Source: an uncultured Gammaproteobacteria bacterium (GTDB lineage: Bacteria; Patescibacteriota; Microgenomatia; Daviesbacterales; UBA10151). From it: a DNA stretch of 62,843 nucleotides. A model generated the notes under the pieces. It saw only the letters and a list, made by a program, of their open reading frames with translations. It made no database searches and was not told where the DNA came from. This document shows, one piece after another, positions 12,001 to 21,939 of this stretch; the stretch's first letter is position 1, and each line of letters opens with the position of its first letter. Where the stretch lies: NCBI GenBank assembly GCA_964625535.1, contig CAZVEX010000006.1, positions 1-62,843 of the forward strand. Reading direction: 5' to 3'. The translations under genes were made by a program, and so were the position numbers.

Positions 12001-12006
12001 GTAAAT

Positions 12007-12035
12007 ACAATATAAGGTATTTTAATTCTTGTCAA
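12007..12035 (-). promoter_or_regulatory. Promoter for the leaderless DUF6580 gene
   Basis: Minus strand TTGACA-N17-TATTGT, 6 nt before the ATG at 12000. Confidence 0.55.
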
Positions 12036-12036
12036 T

Positions 12037-12073
12037 CCACAAGATGTAGTACCTACATATCTACTTCTAGTTT
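12037..12073. promoter_or_regulatory. Tandem NrdR-box-like operators
   Basis: CCACAAGATGTAGTAC (12037-12052) and TATCTACTTCTAGTTT (12058-12073), 21-bp offset. Confidence 0.4.
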
Positions 12074-12140
12074 TTCAACTTCAACTCTGCTACAATTAAA
12101 AGTGGGCTTTAGCCCTTTTTGTTTGTTTGTTTTTTAACCC

Positions 12141-14573
12141 ATGAACATCGGTAAAGTTGAACCAACTCCAATTGTTGATGAGATGAAACGCTCATACTTG
12201 GACTATGCCATGTCGGTCATAGTTTCCAGGGCTTTGCCGGATGTTAGAGACGGACTAAAACCGGTCCAGAGAAGGATTATTTATGCCATGCACCAGCAAG
12301 GTTTGCATCATACCTCCCGTTACCAAAAGAGCGCAGCGGTTGTTGGTGAAGTTTTGAAAAATTACCACCCCCATGGAGACGCTCCGGTTTATGAAGCCAT
12401 GGTGCGAATGGCCCAGAATTTTTCCATGAGATATATGCTGGTAGACGGCCAGGGAAATTTTGGCTCCATTGACGGGGACTCGCCAGCGGCAATGAGGTAC
12501 ACTGAAGCGCGTTTGGCTGCCATTTCAGAGGAACTTCTTCGCGACATTAACAAAGAAACCGTTAACTTCGTTGATAATTATTCCGGCACCACCCAGGAAC
12601 CAATACTTTTACCATCGGTTATTCCCAACCTGTTACTAAATGGGGCTTCCGGCATTGCCGTGGGCATGGCCACCCAAATCCCGCCCCATAATTTAGGGGA
12701 GGTGTGCAATGCACTAATTCACATGATAGAGCATCCTGACGATACTGTTGAAGACCTGATGCAATTTATCAAGGGCCCGGATTTCCCCACAGGAGCTTCC
12801 ATTTACGATCAAAGTGAAATTTTGGCAGCTTACGGCACAGGCAAGGGCAGGGTGATAATGAGGGCCAAAGCGGAAATAGACGAAACATCTTCCGGTAAGA
12901 CCCAGATCATCATTTCCGAAATTCCATATCAGGTTAACAAAGCCACTTTAATTGCCCGTATTGCCGAGCTGGTCAAGGATAAAAAAATCGAAGGCATAGC
13001 CGATTTGCGCGATGAGTCAGACCGCAAACAAATGGTCAGAATTGTGATTGATTTAAAGCGCGACGGAAAACCCCAATCAATCCTTAATAATTTATACAAA
13101 CACACTGCCCTGCAGAGTGTTTTTAACGTCAACATGGTGGCTTTGGTGGATGGGGTACCTCATCTTTTAAATTTAAAGGTCGTTTTGGAAGAATTTATCA
13201 AACACCGCCAGGCAGTTGTCACCAAAAGATCGGAGTTTGAACTAAAAGAGGCTAGAGCCCGTGAGCATATTCTGGAAGGCTTAAAAATTGCGGTTGATCA
13301 CATTGATGAGGTCATTGAAACCATTAAAAAATCGCGAGACGGCGATGCGGCCAAGATCAATTTGATGCAAAAGTTTAAACTTACTGAAATTCAGGCCGTG
13401 GCCATTTTGGACATGCAGCTTAGGCGTTTAGCTGCCCTGGAGAGGCAAAAAATTGAGGACGAGCTGAAAATGGTGCGCGAAACTATTGCTTACCTCGAAG
13501 ATTTACTAGCCCACCCGGAAAAAATCTTAAAAGTTATCAAAGATGAACTCCTTAAAATCAAAGAGCGTTACGGGGATGACCGCAGAACCCGGGTTTACAA
13601 GCAAACAGTGGGGGAGTTTAACGAGGAGGATTTGGTGGCTAATGAGACAACCATTGTCACCATTACCGAAGGGGGTTATATCAAACGCCAAAGCCCCATG
13701 AGCTTTAGAACCCAACAGCGGGGAGGCAAGGGCGTGATGGGCATTTCCACCAAGGAAACCGATGCCGTGTCCCACATTTTCTATACCCAAACCCACGATA
13801 ACATTTTGTTTTTTACGGACAATGGTAAGGTTTATCAAGTCAAGGTTTGGGAAATTCCGGAAACTCAAAGGGCCAGTAAAGGTCAGGCTGTGGTCAATTT
13901 GATTAATATTGAACAGGGCGAAAAAGTAACGGCAGTTCTAACTATCAAAGGCAAAGGAGAACAGGCTAAATATATGCTGATGTGCACCAGGAAAGGCACT
14001 GTCAAAAAAACTCTGATTACGGAATATGCCAATATTAGAAAAAACGGTTTGGTCGCTATCAAATTAGAGCAGGAAGACGTGTTGGGCTGGGTTCAACCTA
14101 CAACGGGTGAAGATGATCCGGTGATTGTTTCCCAAAAAGGCCAGTCTATTCGCTTTAGCGAAAAACAGGTCAAACCAACCCACAGGGATACATCAGGGGT
14201 TAGGGGAATTAAACTGGGCAAAGAAGATGAGGTGGTTTCGCTAAATATTCTGGGTAAAGAAGAAAGTGAGCTTCTGGTAATTATGGGAAACGGCTTGGGC
14301 AAAAAAACCAAAACTTCTGCCTGGAACAGACAGGGCAGGGGAGGACAGGGAGTCAAAGCTGCCCAGGTAACAGCTAAAACCGGTCAAGTAGTCAGCGCCC
14401 AGGTGCTGGATAAACAAATGGATACTTTAGTTTTAACTTCCACCAAGGGACAGCTCATTAAAATGGATTTAAAAGAGGTGCCAACGCTGCAAAGGCAAAC
14501 CCAGGGTGTTATTTTGATGAGGATGAGAGAAGGAGAAAAGGTGGCAGCAGCCACGGTAGTAGGAAGGTCATAA
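12141..14573 (+). CDS. gyrA: DNA gyrase subunit A
   Basis: [18 protein letters not shown], catalytic AAMRYTEAR, GyrA-box QQRGGKG. Confidence 0.97.
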   Translation: MNIGKVEPTPIVDEMKRSYLDYAMSVIVSRALPDVRDGLKPVQRRIIYAMHQQGLHHTSRYQKSAAVVGEVLKNYHPHGDAPVYEAMVRMAQNFSMRYMLVDGQGNFGSIDGDSPAAMRYTEARLAAISEELLRDINKETVNFVDNYSGTTQEPILLPSVIPNLLLNGASGIAVGMATQIPPHNLGEVCNALIHMIEHPDDTVEDLMQFIKGPDFPTGASIYDQSEILAAYGTGKGRVIMRAKAEIDETSSGKTQIIISEIPYQVNKATLIARIAELVKDKKIEGIADLRDESDRKQMVRIVIDLKRDGKPQSILNNLYKHTALQSVFNVNMVALVDGVPHLLNLKVVLEEFIKHRQAVVTKRSEFELKEARAREHILEGLKIAVDHIDEVIETIKKSRDGDAAKINLMQKFKLTEIQAVAILDMQLRRLAALERQKIEDELKMVRETIAYLEDLLAHPEKILKVIKDELLKIKERYGDDRRTRVYKQTVGEFNEEDLVANETTIVTITEGGYIKRQSPMSFRTQQRGGKGVMGISTKETDAVSHIFYTQTHDNILFFTDNGKVYQVKVWEIPETQRASKGQAVVNLINIEQGEKVTAVLTIKGKGEQAKYMLMCTRKGTVKKTLITEYANIRKNGLVAIKLEQEDVLGWVQPTTGEDDPVIVSQKGQSIRFSEKQVKPTHRDTSGVRGIKLGKEDEVVSLNILGKEESELLVIMGNGLGKKTKTSAWNRQGRGGQGVKAAQVTAKTGQVVSAQVLDKQMDTLVLTSTKGQLIKMDLKEVPTLQRQTQGVILMRMREGEKVAAATVVGRS

Positions 14574-14783
14574 ATGTCTAAAGAAAAATTAGTGACAAAT
14601 TTGGCAATCGTTTATTTTGTTATTGGTTTACTTTTTGCCACGAGCTTTGCCGTTTACTATAAATGGTCACCACTTAGCTTTTTGTCCCCGGGCTTTTTTG
14701 CAGTAGTCTTCACCTGGCCTTTGCAAGCCATTGGTTTTGTGGGTGATTTATTAACCTACGGCTTGGCAGGTAAACCAATATAA
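14574..14783 (+). CDS. Small membrane protein
   Basis: 69 aa with two hydrophobic segments; starts directly after the gyrA stop. Confidence 0.6.
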   Translation: MSKEKLVTNLAIVYFVIGLLFATSFAVYYKWSPLSFLSPGFFAVVFTWPLQAIGFVGDLLTYGLAGKPI

Positions 14784-14785
14784 AC

Positions 14786-15055
14786 TTACTTTCCTCCTAA
14801 AAACTTTTGCACAAAGTCATTTAGGTAATTGGACAAACGGGCAATGATAAAACCCGTAAACAAAAACTCGAAAAAGGGATTGCCTGATTGATACCCCAAA
14901 AAGGGGGCAAAGACAGAGACTCTATAGGTAAAACTTAAAAATATAGCTATGGCCAGGGATAATAGAGGCAAATAAAGCTTTAAGCTTTTAACGCTGCCGC
15001 AAAGATATTCAATCAAAGCCTCATTTAGCACCACAAAGATAAAAATTTGTATCAA
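14786..15055 (-). CDS. Small membrane protein, holin-like
   Basis: Three hydrophobic segments; C-terminal FTGFIIARLSNYLNDF resembles the TG..I.RGSNY.HD motif of small holin-like proteins. Confidence 0.55.
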   Translation of the reverse strand: MIQIFIFVVLNEALIEYLCGSVKSLKLYLPLLSLAIAIFLSFTYRVSVFAPFLGYQSGNPFFEFLFTGFIIARLSNYLNDFVQKFLGGK

Positions 15056-15057
15056 TT

Positions 15058-15297
15058 TTACCTACCCTTGGGCAGGAGAAGCAACTGATATAACTTAAAC
15101 AAAACCTGGATCACTGTCAAGGTGTGATCTTCTTTAACTTGCGGCTTGTTCTTATCTTGAAACCGGCTGATTTGGGCCTCCCGCTCGGCCAAACTTTCCC
15201 TTAAAGAAATCATTTGACTGTAAACCGTGGCCAGAGAGGTTTGCAAATTTTCTATTCTTTCGGAATCATTTTGGGGCTTCTGGTTAAAGATAATCAC
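15058..15297 (-). CDS. Small coiled-coil hypothetical protein
   Basis: 79 aa with heptad-like segment IENLQTSLATVYSQMISLRESL; operonic spacing. Confidence 0.55.
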   Translation of the reverse strand: MIIFNQKPQNDSERIENLQTSLATVYSQMISLRESLAEREAQISRFQDKNKPQVKEDHTLTVIQVLFKLYQLLLLPKGR

Positions 15298-15312
15298 GCG
15301 CTCTATATTAGC

Positions 15313-16017
15313 TCATTCCTCTGCCGAATGGAAGTCCCTGGTCCGGCGCAAAATTTCCGGGGTGGCTTTAACCGAAAGGGCTGCCCTTTTGACATACTTT
15401 TCTACCACCCGCTCAATTGATCGGGGAGTAAGCCTCATGGCTTCACCTTCGTTTGCAGGATCTTTTTTGCCTTGAAAACGAATAAATAACGGTTTAAAAC
15501 TATCTTTGCGTGCTTGCAGATATTTTTCCAGTACAGCGGAATTTAATTTGATAGAATCACGATTTAAAAGAGTCAGCTCCGAAACCCGAAGCCCTTTGGA
15601 ATATAAAGTTTCCATAATGGCCCGGTCTCTTAAGTCCGCTTTTTTGGAAGGATCCGGGGCTTCCAGTAACCGCTGCAACTCAAGCTCATCCAACACCTTT
15701 AAGTCGCGTGGTTCCTGCGCAAGCAGCTCTATCTTGTCAAAAGATAAACTGTCAATCTTTTGATCTGCCAGATAACGAAGAAATGAGCGAAGAGCAATCA
15801 GAAAATAATTTTGGGTAACTTTCTTCAGGGGTTGTTTGGCCAAATGCAGCTTATATTTTCGAATCAAATGAAGATCAATATCTTTGGGTTCAATGTCATG
15901 GGAAAATTCCAAAAATCTTTTTAAATAATGGTCGTAATTGCGGATAGTTAGTTGAGAGGCTTGTTTCTCGGTCTCGAGAAACTGCAAAAAATCATCAATC
16001 AAGATAGACACCGTCAT
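15313..16017 (-). CDS. Truncated, catalytically incomplete Xer-like tyrosine recombinase
   Basis: N-terminal SAM-like domain (DDFLQFLETEK.ASQLTIRNYDHYL) and GLRVSEL are present; the GKG hairpin is missing; HxxR reads EILR; ends before LGH and the Tyr. The ATG at 16017 overlaps the upstream stop. Confidence 0.8.
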   Translation of the reverse strand: MTVSILIDDFLQFLETEKQASQLTIRNYDHYLKRFLEFSHDIEPKDIDLHLIRKYKLHLAKQPLKKVTQNYFLIALRSFLRYLADQKIDSLSFDKIELLAQEPRDLKVLDELELQRLLEAPDPSKKADLRDRAIMETLYSKGLRVSELTLLNRDSIKLNSAVLEKYLQARKDSFKPLFIRFQGKKDPANEGEAMRLTPRSIERVVEKYVKRAALSVKATPEILRRTRDFHSAEE

Positions 16018-16748
16018 AACAAAGCCAGGCCTAGCATTCCCAGAATGGTCAAAATGCCTCCCACAATAGCCAGAGTAAAGGTTAACTGGGGAGTACCCGG
16101 GCCCTTGCCGGTTTGATCCACAATTTGGTCTATGGTTTTGGGAAAGGCCGAAGGAGTGGAAACGACAGTGGTGCCTTGAGGGAAAGTAACAATAGTTGTT
16201 CCCGGGGTTGGTGAGGGTTGAGCACCGCAAGCCCCGCTGCCAATGGTATAGCTGCCGTTTGTCACGGAATTTAGCACATCTACTATCGTACCCCGTTGCA
16301 CCACATTGGAATCAGTGGTTTTGGTCTTGTCATTGGGGTCAAAATCAAATTTGATTTGAGTTGCTCCCGCCGGGGCCGTTTCCTTAACGGTCATACTCAA
16401 GGTAGCCAAACTGCCTTTGCCGGAAAAAGCTTGAGCGACCGAGGCCAAGCCGGAAATGGTAATTTTGCCTGATATCTCATCAACATTATTGCCGGGATAA
16501 TCGGGATAAACTTTGTTTTGGGTATTGATGGAGTTGACGGTAAAACGGCTGGCATCATAAATTAAGATGGCATCTGTGCCGTCCGTATCTGCCCCCGTAG
16601 TATCCAAGGTAATATCCAAGGTAAAACCGCAATTTTTGTTGAATGTGCCGGAGGAGGGGGATAGGGAAAGGGTAGCAGCCAAAACCCCGGATGGGAAAGT
16701 AAACGGTAAAAGAAAAAAAGTAAAAAGTAAGAATGGAAGCTTTTTCAT
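16014..16748 (-). CDS. Secreted cohesin-domain protein with C-terminal membrane anchor
   Basis: Signal peptide (..VLAA), cohesin-like LDTTGADTDGTDAILIYD..LATLSMTVK, PT-rich linker, C-terminal transmembrane helix. Confidence 0.75.
   Translation of the reverse strand: MKKLPFLLFTFFLLPFTFPSGVLAATLSLSPSSGTFNKNCGFTLDITLDTTGADTDGTDAILIYDASRFTVNSINTQNKVYPDYPGNNVDEISGKITISGLASVAQAFSGKGSLATLSMTVKETAPAGATQIKFDFDPNDKTKTTDSNVVQRGTIVDVLNSVTNGSYTIGSGACGAQPSPTPGTTIVTFPQGTTVVSTPSAFPKTIDQIVDQTGKGPGTPQLTFTLAIVGGILTILGMLGLALL
16696..16730 (+). repeat. Degenerate 7-bp array (AAAGTAA) in the signal-peptide coding region
   Basis: AAAGTAA ACGGTAA AAGAAAA AAAGTAA AAAGTAA; encodes LLFTFFLLPFTF on the minus strand. 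Confidence 0.55.
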
Positions 16749-17386
16749 TGCACTGATAAGTTCAAGTTAAAAACGCTCTCCAGAATGTCATTGCCGCTTA
16801 AACTCTCCACTATATTTGAATCGTCTGTTTTACCCGGGGTAAAATTTATTGTCAAAGTTGTATCACCGGCCGCTCTTGCCTTAAAATTAATGGTGGCAAA
16901 AACCCCTGCTCCTTTAAAGGTCTTGCCGTCCAAGCCGCTGATGCCGGATATTTGGATCAAACCTGCCTTAGCGTCCACTCTCATTTGAGGATAATCAGGA
17001 TAGATAGTGGTCTTGATAAGCGAGGCTGCTGAAGCCTCCAAAATTTTAGGATCAAAATTAAGCAGCAAATCTATTCCGTCGGTTTGGTGACCACCAGTAT
17101 TCACCCTCACATTGACAGTGATAACTTCTCCCACTTTAAAATCCTGCCCCACAGCTTCCAGAGACAAATTTACGCTTGATGGTTGACTTTCAGATTGAGC
17201 AGTCGGGGGAGGGGGAGTGGGAGCAGTCAAAGTTTTGATGGCAAAAATTACCTCTATCAAAAGTACTGCTCCCAAACTCAAAAAAATAGTTTTAGGGCTA
17301 ATAAATTTTCTGATAGAAAATTGCTTTTTCCCTCCCCCTGGTGGAGGAGAGGTATAAACATTGGGAGTGGCAGATAATTTATCCAT
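16745..17386 (-). CDS. Cohesin-domain protein with N-terminal membrane anchor
   Basis: Transmembrane segment, P-rich linker, VGEVITVNVRVNTGGHQTDGIDLLLNFDPKILE..VFATINFKA. Confidence 0.78.
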   Translation of the reverse strand: MDKLSATPNVYTSPPPGGGKKQFSIRKFISPKTIFLSLGAVLLIEVIFAIKTLTAPTPPPPTAQSESQPSSVNLSLEAVGQDFKVGEVITVNVRVNTGGHQTDGIDLLLNFDPKILEASAASLIKTTIYPDYPQMRVDAKAGLIQISGISGLDGKTFKGAGVFATINFKARAAGDTTLTINFTPGKTDDSNIVESLSGNDILESVFNLNLSVQ

Positions 17387-17388
17387 AA

Positions 17389-20300
17389 TTAAATTGGCAA
17401 AACTACATTCTCATTTATACTACAGTTGGCAACAATTTGCCAGCCAGTAGGTACATCACAAGGTGTGGGAAAATCTTTACACTCACCCGTTGTAGGATTT
17501 TTGGCAGGAGTGATCACTTGGATGCAGGCAGTTCCGGAAGGAGAACTGCTTGGAGTTGGACTTGGACTTGGGCGTGGAAGAGGAGCTGGAGATGCGGACG
17601 GAACACCAGGAGCAGGTTCAGGATCATCTCTATCCCCAAAATCATACCTCATACAGGCCCAATCCACTGAATTAACCCTGGTGTCTCGATTAAAGTCTCC
17701 TGTTCTTCCTGTTGCAGGTTGGGCAATAATCCACTGGCGGTCTAGCTCTCCCTTGTCAAAAGAATTAATAACCCCATCTCCGCCATCTCTCGGGAAAATA
17801 TCTCCCACCGGTAGAATAAAGTTTGGCACAATAGTCACCCCTTTACCTGCCGTAATCTCCACTGTTCTTCTTAAAATGAGCGGAGCCTTTAAAGAGAGGC
17901 TATATTTTCTGCCTTCTTCTAACCTTTGGGTTAGGTTTTGGATGATGCCGTTTTTGTCAATCCTGACAGTTTCCCTGATCTTTTGGCCCCCTTCAAACAG
18001 TCCTACCAAAACTAAATCTACATTATCCGTATCATGTTGGGAAGGAGCCCTGCAGAAAACCTTGGCCCCCAAAGATATGGTGGAAATTGCGCTACATTGT
18101 CCTTCACCTGACTGACCGTCAAGATTGGTCAAGGTAACGGGGAAGGTCTGCCCAACCGGGGGACTGCTCATAACCACCTTGGCGGCAGTATCTGTCCATT
18201 CTCTGACCGCAAGACCCTTTTCACCGCTTTTGGCCGTGCCTTTGTCCGCGCCAAAATTTGTACCCTTAATATCAAACACTACATTAGTCCCTTCAAAAAT
18301 TAAACCACAACTGGTAATGGTGGGGCCGGACCCCAACAATCTGATGTTGGCCATACAAGGCTGACTGCCATTGGTGCCACAACCGCCGGTTCTACCGTCA
18401 GCGGTCTTAAATTCCACCCAGATTTGTTTCATGCCCGGATTTTTATCTTTAATCTCATAATCTTTAATCATCCCGTCGCCTGTATAAGCTTCCCAGGGAG
18501 CACTCTCCAAACCGGCCACTGATTCAGCCACCCTAAATTCCACAGTCACCACAGGAGGCAGGCTAGGTGCAGGTGAGGATGTAGGTGGGGATGTAGGTGG
18601 GGGAGGAGGGGAAACAATAGTCCCGCTGGTAAAGGTTTTTTGGGGGGAGCACACTCTGGTATTTTTATCCGTGGTGAATTTTAAGGTATGTGATCCTGCA
18701 GATCCTGCCGGAACACTATTATAGACAAAAGTGGGCCAGGGATCCTGAATTCCTCCCCAGCCAAAATCCCGGGTTGAACCATCCAGATAAAGCTCAATAT
18801 TCTGCCACCCCTTGGGATCGCTGACACCTTGAACCTTAACCTGAATTGTCGAGCCGGGAGCGGGATTCTCATTGGATAGCTGCCAGCTAACAGTACATTC
18901 TCCCACTGTACCTCCGCCTCCACCTCCACCTCCACCTCCTCCGCCGCCTCCACCTCCACCGCTATCACAGATGGGATCCCGCGGTGTATCACCCGGCCCG
19001 CAGCTTGGTTCAGTTCCTGTTCCTGTATAGCGAAGTTGCAGACATCGGGCCCCATCCGCAAAACCGTAGCACCAATTACTGGTGGTGGGATCGATGAAAT
19101 TTGGTTGATCCCTGTTTTGGGGACAATCGGAATTTTTGGTACAAGTATTGTTTAGAGAGCAAGAGGCTTTATTGCCTGATCGGTCAACCAACCAATACAC
19201 GTGCAGTCTATCACATACACTACAATTATTAATCCCCAGCTCGCTTGGTGTGAAGGTAGCTTTACATTGCCTGCCGCTACCACCCCCAGGAGGTGGGTTA
19301 CTTCCTCCACTACAAGGCTCTGCACAACCTGAAGTATCGCAATAATTTTGGCCATCAAAGTTACATTGATAAGTTTCGTATTTTGTACATGTCTTTCCGT
19401 CTTTCGTACAGCTTCCTGCAGGAGCACCCGGTTTACATGCATGATAACCGGCAGCAATACAATAATTAGTGCCACCACTGCAGGGCTCTGCACAGTTACT
19501 ATTATCACACCATGCTTGCCCATTTTCGTCAGTCCTTAGCCACCTCGCATAAGCCGTGCATTGCTTTCCATCTAACTCACAAGATCCTTGGGGAGATCCG
19601 ATTTTTTCTTGGTCTGGAGCGTCGCATGGATATTCATCTTCAGCATAAACAGTTCCCACTAGAGCCTCTGATAATAAACTCATTAAATTGGGCTTGTGGG
19701 GTAGGGAAGTGGTTGTTGTTTGAAAAGCCTGGGGTAAATTGGGGTATTCCTTAATGGTAAATCCGACCTGTCCCGGCATCTGGGACAAAATCCGTAGAGC
19801 CTCCACCGCATTGGGATCGGGTTGGCGGGGCTTCTCGGCGATCTGCGCACCGGCAAGATTAGCGAGCTCTCTTGCCCGGTCCAGATCCCCGGCCAAAATG
19901 GCCCGCCGATACCATGCCAGAAGCCGTTGGCGGAGCGTCCACCCAGGTGGGTTCGGATTTGGACCTGCAAGATCCGGATACTTGGCGCCGAACTGGGCGG
20001 CCAAGGCATCTGTAAGTCCAGAGAGATTGTTGGACCAATTTTCCAGAGGGAGCCGAAACCCCATCTCCTGCATCCTGGCAAAGTAAACAGGATCATTAAC
20101 AAACCGATCCCCGGGCCAAGCCCGACTACCCTCCGGCCCGCCCATCTGGCTAATCATCCATTCCTTGACCTCGGGCGTCATAGCCACTATCTGGTCATTA
20201 GAAGTAACAGGTTGATTATCTTGACTATGGGCCACATCGAGGATAATCTGCGCCACCTGCTTGTAGCGGTCTTCCCAGACATAGCGCCACAAGGCGCTGA

Positions 20301-20877
20301 AGATGCTCGCTGGCGGGTTGTCCTCGCTGTCCTCGGAATCCATCTGGTCTGCAATGTCACCCATGCCTTGAGCCCGAAGGCGGTCCTTGATGGTCCGCGC
20401 CTGTTGTGGCGTAAGCCAGCCACCGTAGCCAGGACCAATAAAGATCCACGTTGGCCCATGCAGGGCGTCCCAGCCGCGCCCGAACGACCGGTGCATCTGC
20501 ACCCAGTCATCCGCCGTAACAATGGGAACCACCGACTGAAAAATGGTACCCTTAGGAGAACTAGTGGGGGATGGAGTAACATTGGCAGAGGTTGTGGGAG
20601 TGGGGGCGGGAGAACTGACAGGAGAACTGACCGGCGCCGGACCAAAAGGAGAGGTTAAAATAAGAGCAATTTGCGGTTTTAATGCTACTGTCTGACCATC
20701 TCTGACTTGCACATTGGGCCCGGTAAAAACAATGGGTTCACTGACAGCTCTTGATCTTAAGATTTGCTGGGTACGCACCAGACCAACTACCAAAGGTAAA
20801 CCCAAAAGCAAAATCAAAACCACCAAAAGATTAGCGAAATTTCGCTTATTCTTGAAATAAGTGATGATATCCTCCAT
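17389..20877 (-). CDS. Large multidomain surface protein with C-terminal dockerin-like domain
   Basis: N-terminal transmembrane segment, S/P/T linkers, Cys-rich repeats, poly-Gly, Ig/IPT-like region, paired loops GDIFPRDGGDGVINSFD and GDFNRDTRVNSVD. Confidence 0.8.
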   Translation of the reverse strand: MEDIITYFKNKRNFANLLVVLILLLGLPLVVGLVRTQQILRSRAVSEPIVFTGPNVQVRDGQTVALKPQIALILTSPFGPAPVSSPVSSPAPTPTTSANVTPSPTSSPKGTIFQSVVPIVTADDWVQMHRSFGRGWDALHGPTWIFIGPGYGGWLTPQQARTIKDRLRAQGMGDIADQMDSEDSEDNPPASIFSALWRYVWEDRYKQVAQIILDVAHSQDNQPVTSNDQIVAMTPEVKEWMISQMGGPEGSRAWPGDRFVNDPVYFARMQEMGFRLPLENWSNNLSGLTDALAAQFGAKYPDLAGPNPNPPGWTLRQRLLAWYRRAILAGDLDRARELANLAGAQIAEKPRQPDPNAVEALRILSQMPGQVGFTIKEYPNLPQAFQTTTTSLPHKPNLMSLLSEALVGTVYAEDEYPCDAPDQEKIGSPQGSCELDGKQCTAYARWLRTDENGQAWCDNSNCAEPCSGGTNYCIAAGYHACKPGAPAGSCTKDGKTCTKYETYQCNFDGQNYCDTSGCAEPCSGGSNPPPGGGSGRQCKATFTPSELGINNCSVCDRLHVYWLVDRSGNKASCSLNNTCTKNSDCPQNRDQPNFIDPTTSNWCYGFADGARCLQLRYTGTGTEPSCGPGDTPRDPICDSGGGGGGGGGGGGGGGGGTVGECTVSWQLSNENPAPGSTIQVKVQGVSDPKGWQNIELYLDGSTRDFGWGGIQDPWPTFVYNSVPAGSAGSHTLKFTTDKNTRVCSPQKTFTSGTIVSPPPPPTSPPTSSPAPSLPPVVTVEFRVAESVAGLESAPWEAYTGDGMIKDYEIKDKNPGMKQIWVEFKTADGRTGGCGTNGSQPCMANIRLLGSGPTITSCGLIFEGTNVVFDIKGTNFGADKGTAKSGEKGLAVREWTDTAAKVVMSSPPVGQTFPVTLTNLDGQSGEGQCSAISTISLGAKVFCRAPSQHDTDNVDLVLVGLFEGGQKIRETVRIDKNGIIQNLTQRLEEGRKYSLSLKAPLILRRTVEITAGKGVTIVPNFILPVGDIFPRDGGDGVINSFDKGELDRQWIIAQPATGRTGDFNRDTRVNSVDWACMRYDFGDRDDPEPAPGVPSASPAPLPRPSPSPTPSSSPSGTACIQVITPAKNPTTGECKDFPTPCDVPTGWQIVANCSINENVVLPI
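18910..18960 (-). repeat. Poly-Gly (17 codons) linker
   Basis: GGN x17 with mixed codons. Confidence 0.9.
19303..19587 (-). repeat. Duplicated ~38-aa Cys-rich module
   Basis: GSCELDGKQC..WCDNSNCAEPCSGG (19471-19587) and GSCTKDGKTC..YCDTSGCAEPCSGG (19303-19416). Confidence 0.85.
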
Positions 20878-20937
20878 AAAATTGGGTTCTTATCTAATAG
20901 TGAACTATCTAAGACGAATTTGTCAATAGTACAAGCT

Positions 20938-21939
20938 TTAGGATTTTGACAGGGGATGGAATTTACGGTGGGTTTCTTGAGCGAAACGGTCAGAAGCATT
21001 CACATATCTCGTGGTTGTATTCAGAGACTCATGTCCTAATAAAATCTGAATAGCAGCAGGAGATGCTCCTTCTTCTGCCAGATAGGTGGCAAACCCATGA
21101 CGGAAAGAATGAGGCGTCGTTGGTAAATTAATTCTTAACTTTTCCCTGTAAATCTTAAGTCTTTCCTGAATATATCGGGGAGTTAGCCTTGAGGAGAGCT
21201 TATCTTTGGATCTGGTTTTAGTTGGTATAAATAAAGCTTGCTGGTTATCCTTCCGGAGTACCAAGTATTGATCTAAAAAAGACTGCGCGCGTTCTGTCAG
21301 ATAGACAAACCGCTGTTTTCTACCCTTTCCGGTAATAAATATTTTTCCTTCGATATTTAAATCCCTTCTATTTAAATTGACCAGTTCCGAAATACGCATC
21401 CCGGTTGCAAACAAAACCTCCAATATGGCTCTATTCCGGGCGGATATAAGCGGGTCTTGCTCCAATCTTGAAGGAGATTCAATTAGGGCTACCAGATCGT
21501 TAAACTCCGCCACATTAGGATGCGACCGCTCGCGTTTCACCATCTTAAACTGATCCGGCACAACAGGTATTTTATAGTCCTGGTCTATTAAAAAGCGGAG
21601 GTAAGCTCTCACCGCAGAAAGACATCTGTTTATACTTGCTGATGATAACCTTCGGGCAGACTCCTGGTGAGTAGTAGCAGTTTCTCTCTGATTGGAAGCA
21701 AGATAGGCTTTAAATTCGAATATAGACCTTTTATCTAAATCCACAACTTTCAAATTTCTGGATTTTAAAAAATTGTCAAATATTGCCAAATCATTTTTAT
21801 AATGATAAAGCGTAGCAGGGGAATAGTTATTAGTTTGGAGGAAAAGATAGAAATCATCAAGAAGATCCAAACATGAGACTTCAACTCCGTGGTTTGCAGA
21901 GTGTTTAATTTTTGAATTTTCTTCACCAGAGTTGGGCAT
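20938..21939 (-). CDS. Xer-family tyrosine recombinase (intact)
   Basis: Full catalytic set: GMRISE, GKGRKQR, TPHSFRH, LLGH, TTTRY. Confidence 0.92.
   Translation of the reverse strand: MPNSGEENSKIKHSANHGVEVSCLDLLDDFYLFLQTNNYSPATLYHYKNDLAIFDNFLKSRNLKVVDLDKRSIFEFKAYLASNQRETATTHQESARRLSSASINRCLSAVRAYLRFLIDQDYKIPVVPDQFKMVKRERSHPNVAEFNDLVALIESPSRLEQDPLISARNRAILEVLFATGMRISELVNLNRRDLNIEGKIFITGKGRKQRFVYLTERAQSFLDQYLVLRKDNQQALFIPTKTRSKDKLSSRLTPRYIQERLKIYREKLRINLPTTPHSFRHGFATYLAEEGASPAAIQILLGHESLNTTTRYVNASDRFAQETHRKFHPLSKS

Noticed and set aside
17426-18115. 229-aa antisense ORF, and similar antisense ORFs throughout (e.g. 36721..37119, 28967..29365)
   Set aside because: They overlap better-supported genes and have no motifs or initiation signals.
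19683-20658. Long overlapping ORFs (19822..20658+, 20187..20645-, 19683..20102-, 19739..20086+)
   Set aside because: Shadow ORFs caused by the high GC and scarcity of stop codons inside the 1162-aa gene.
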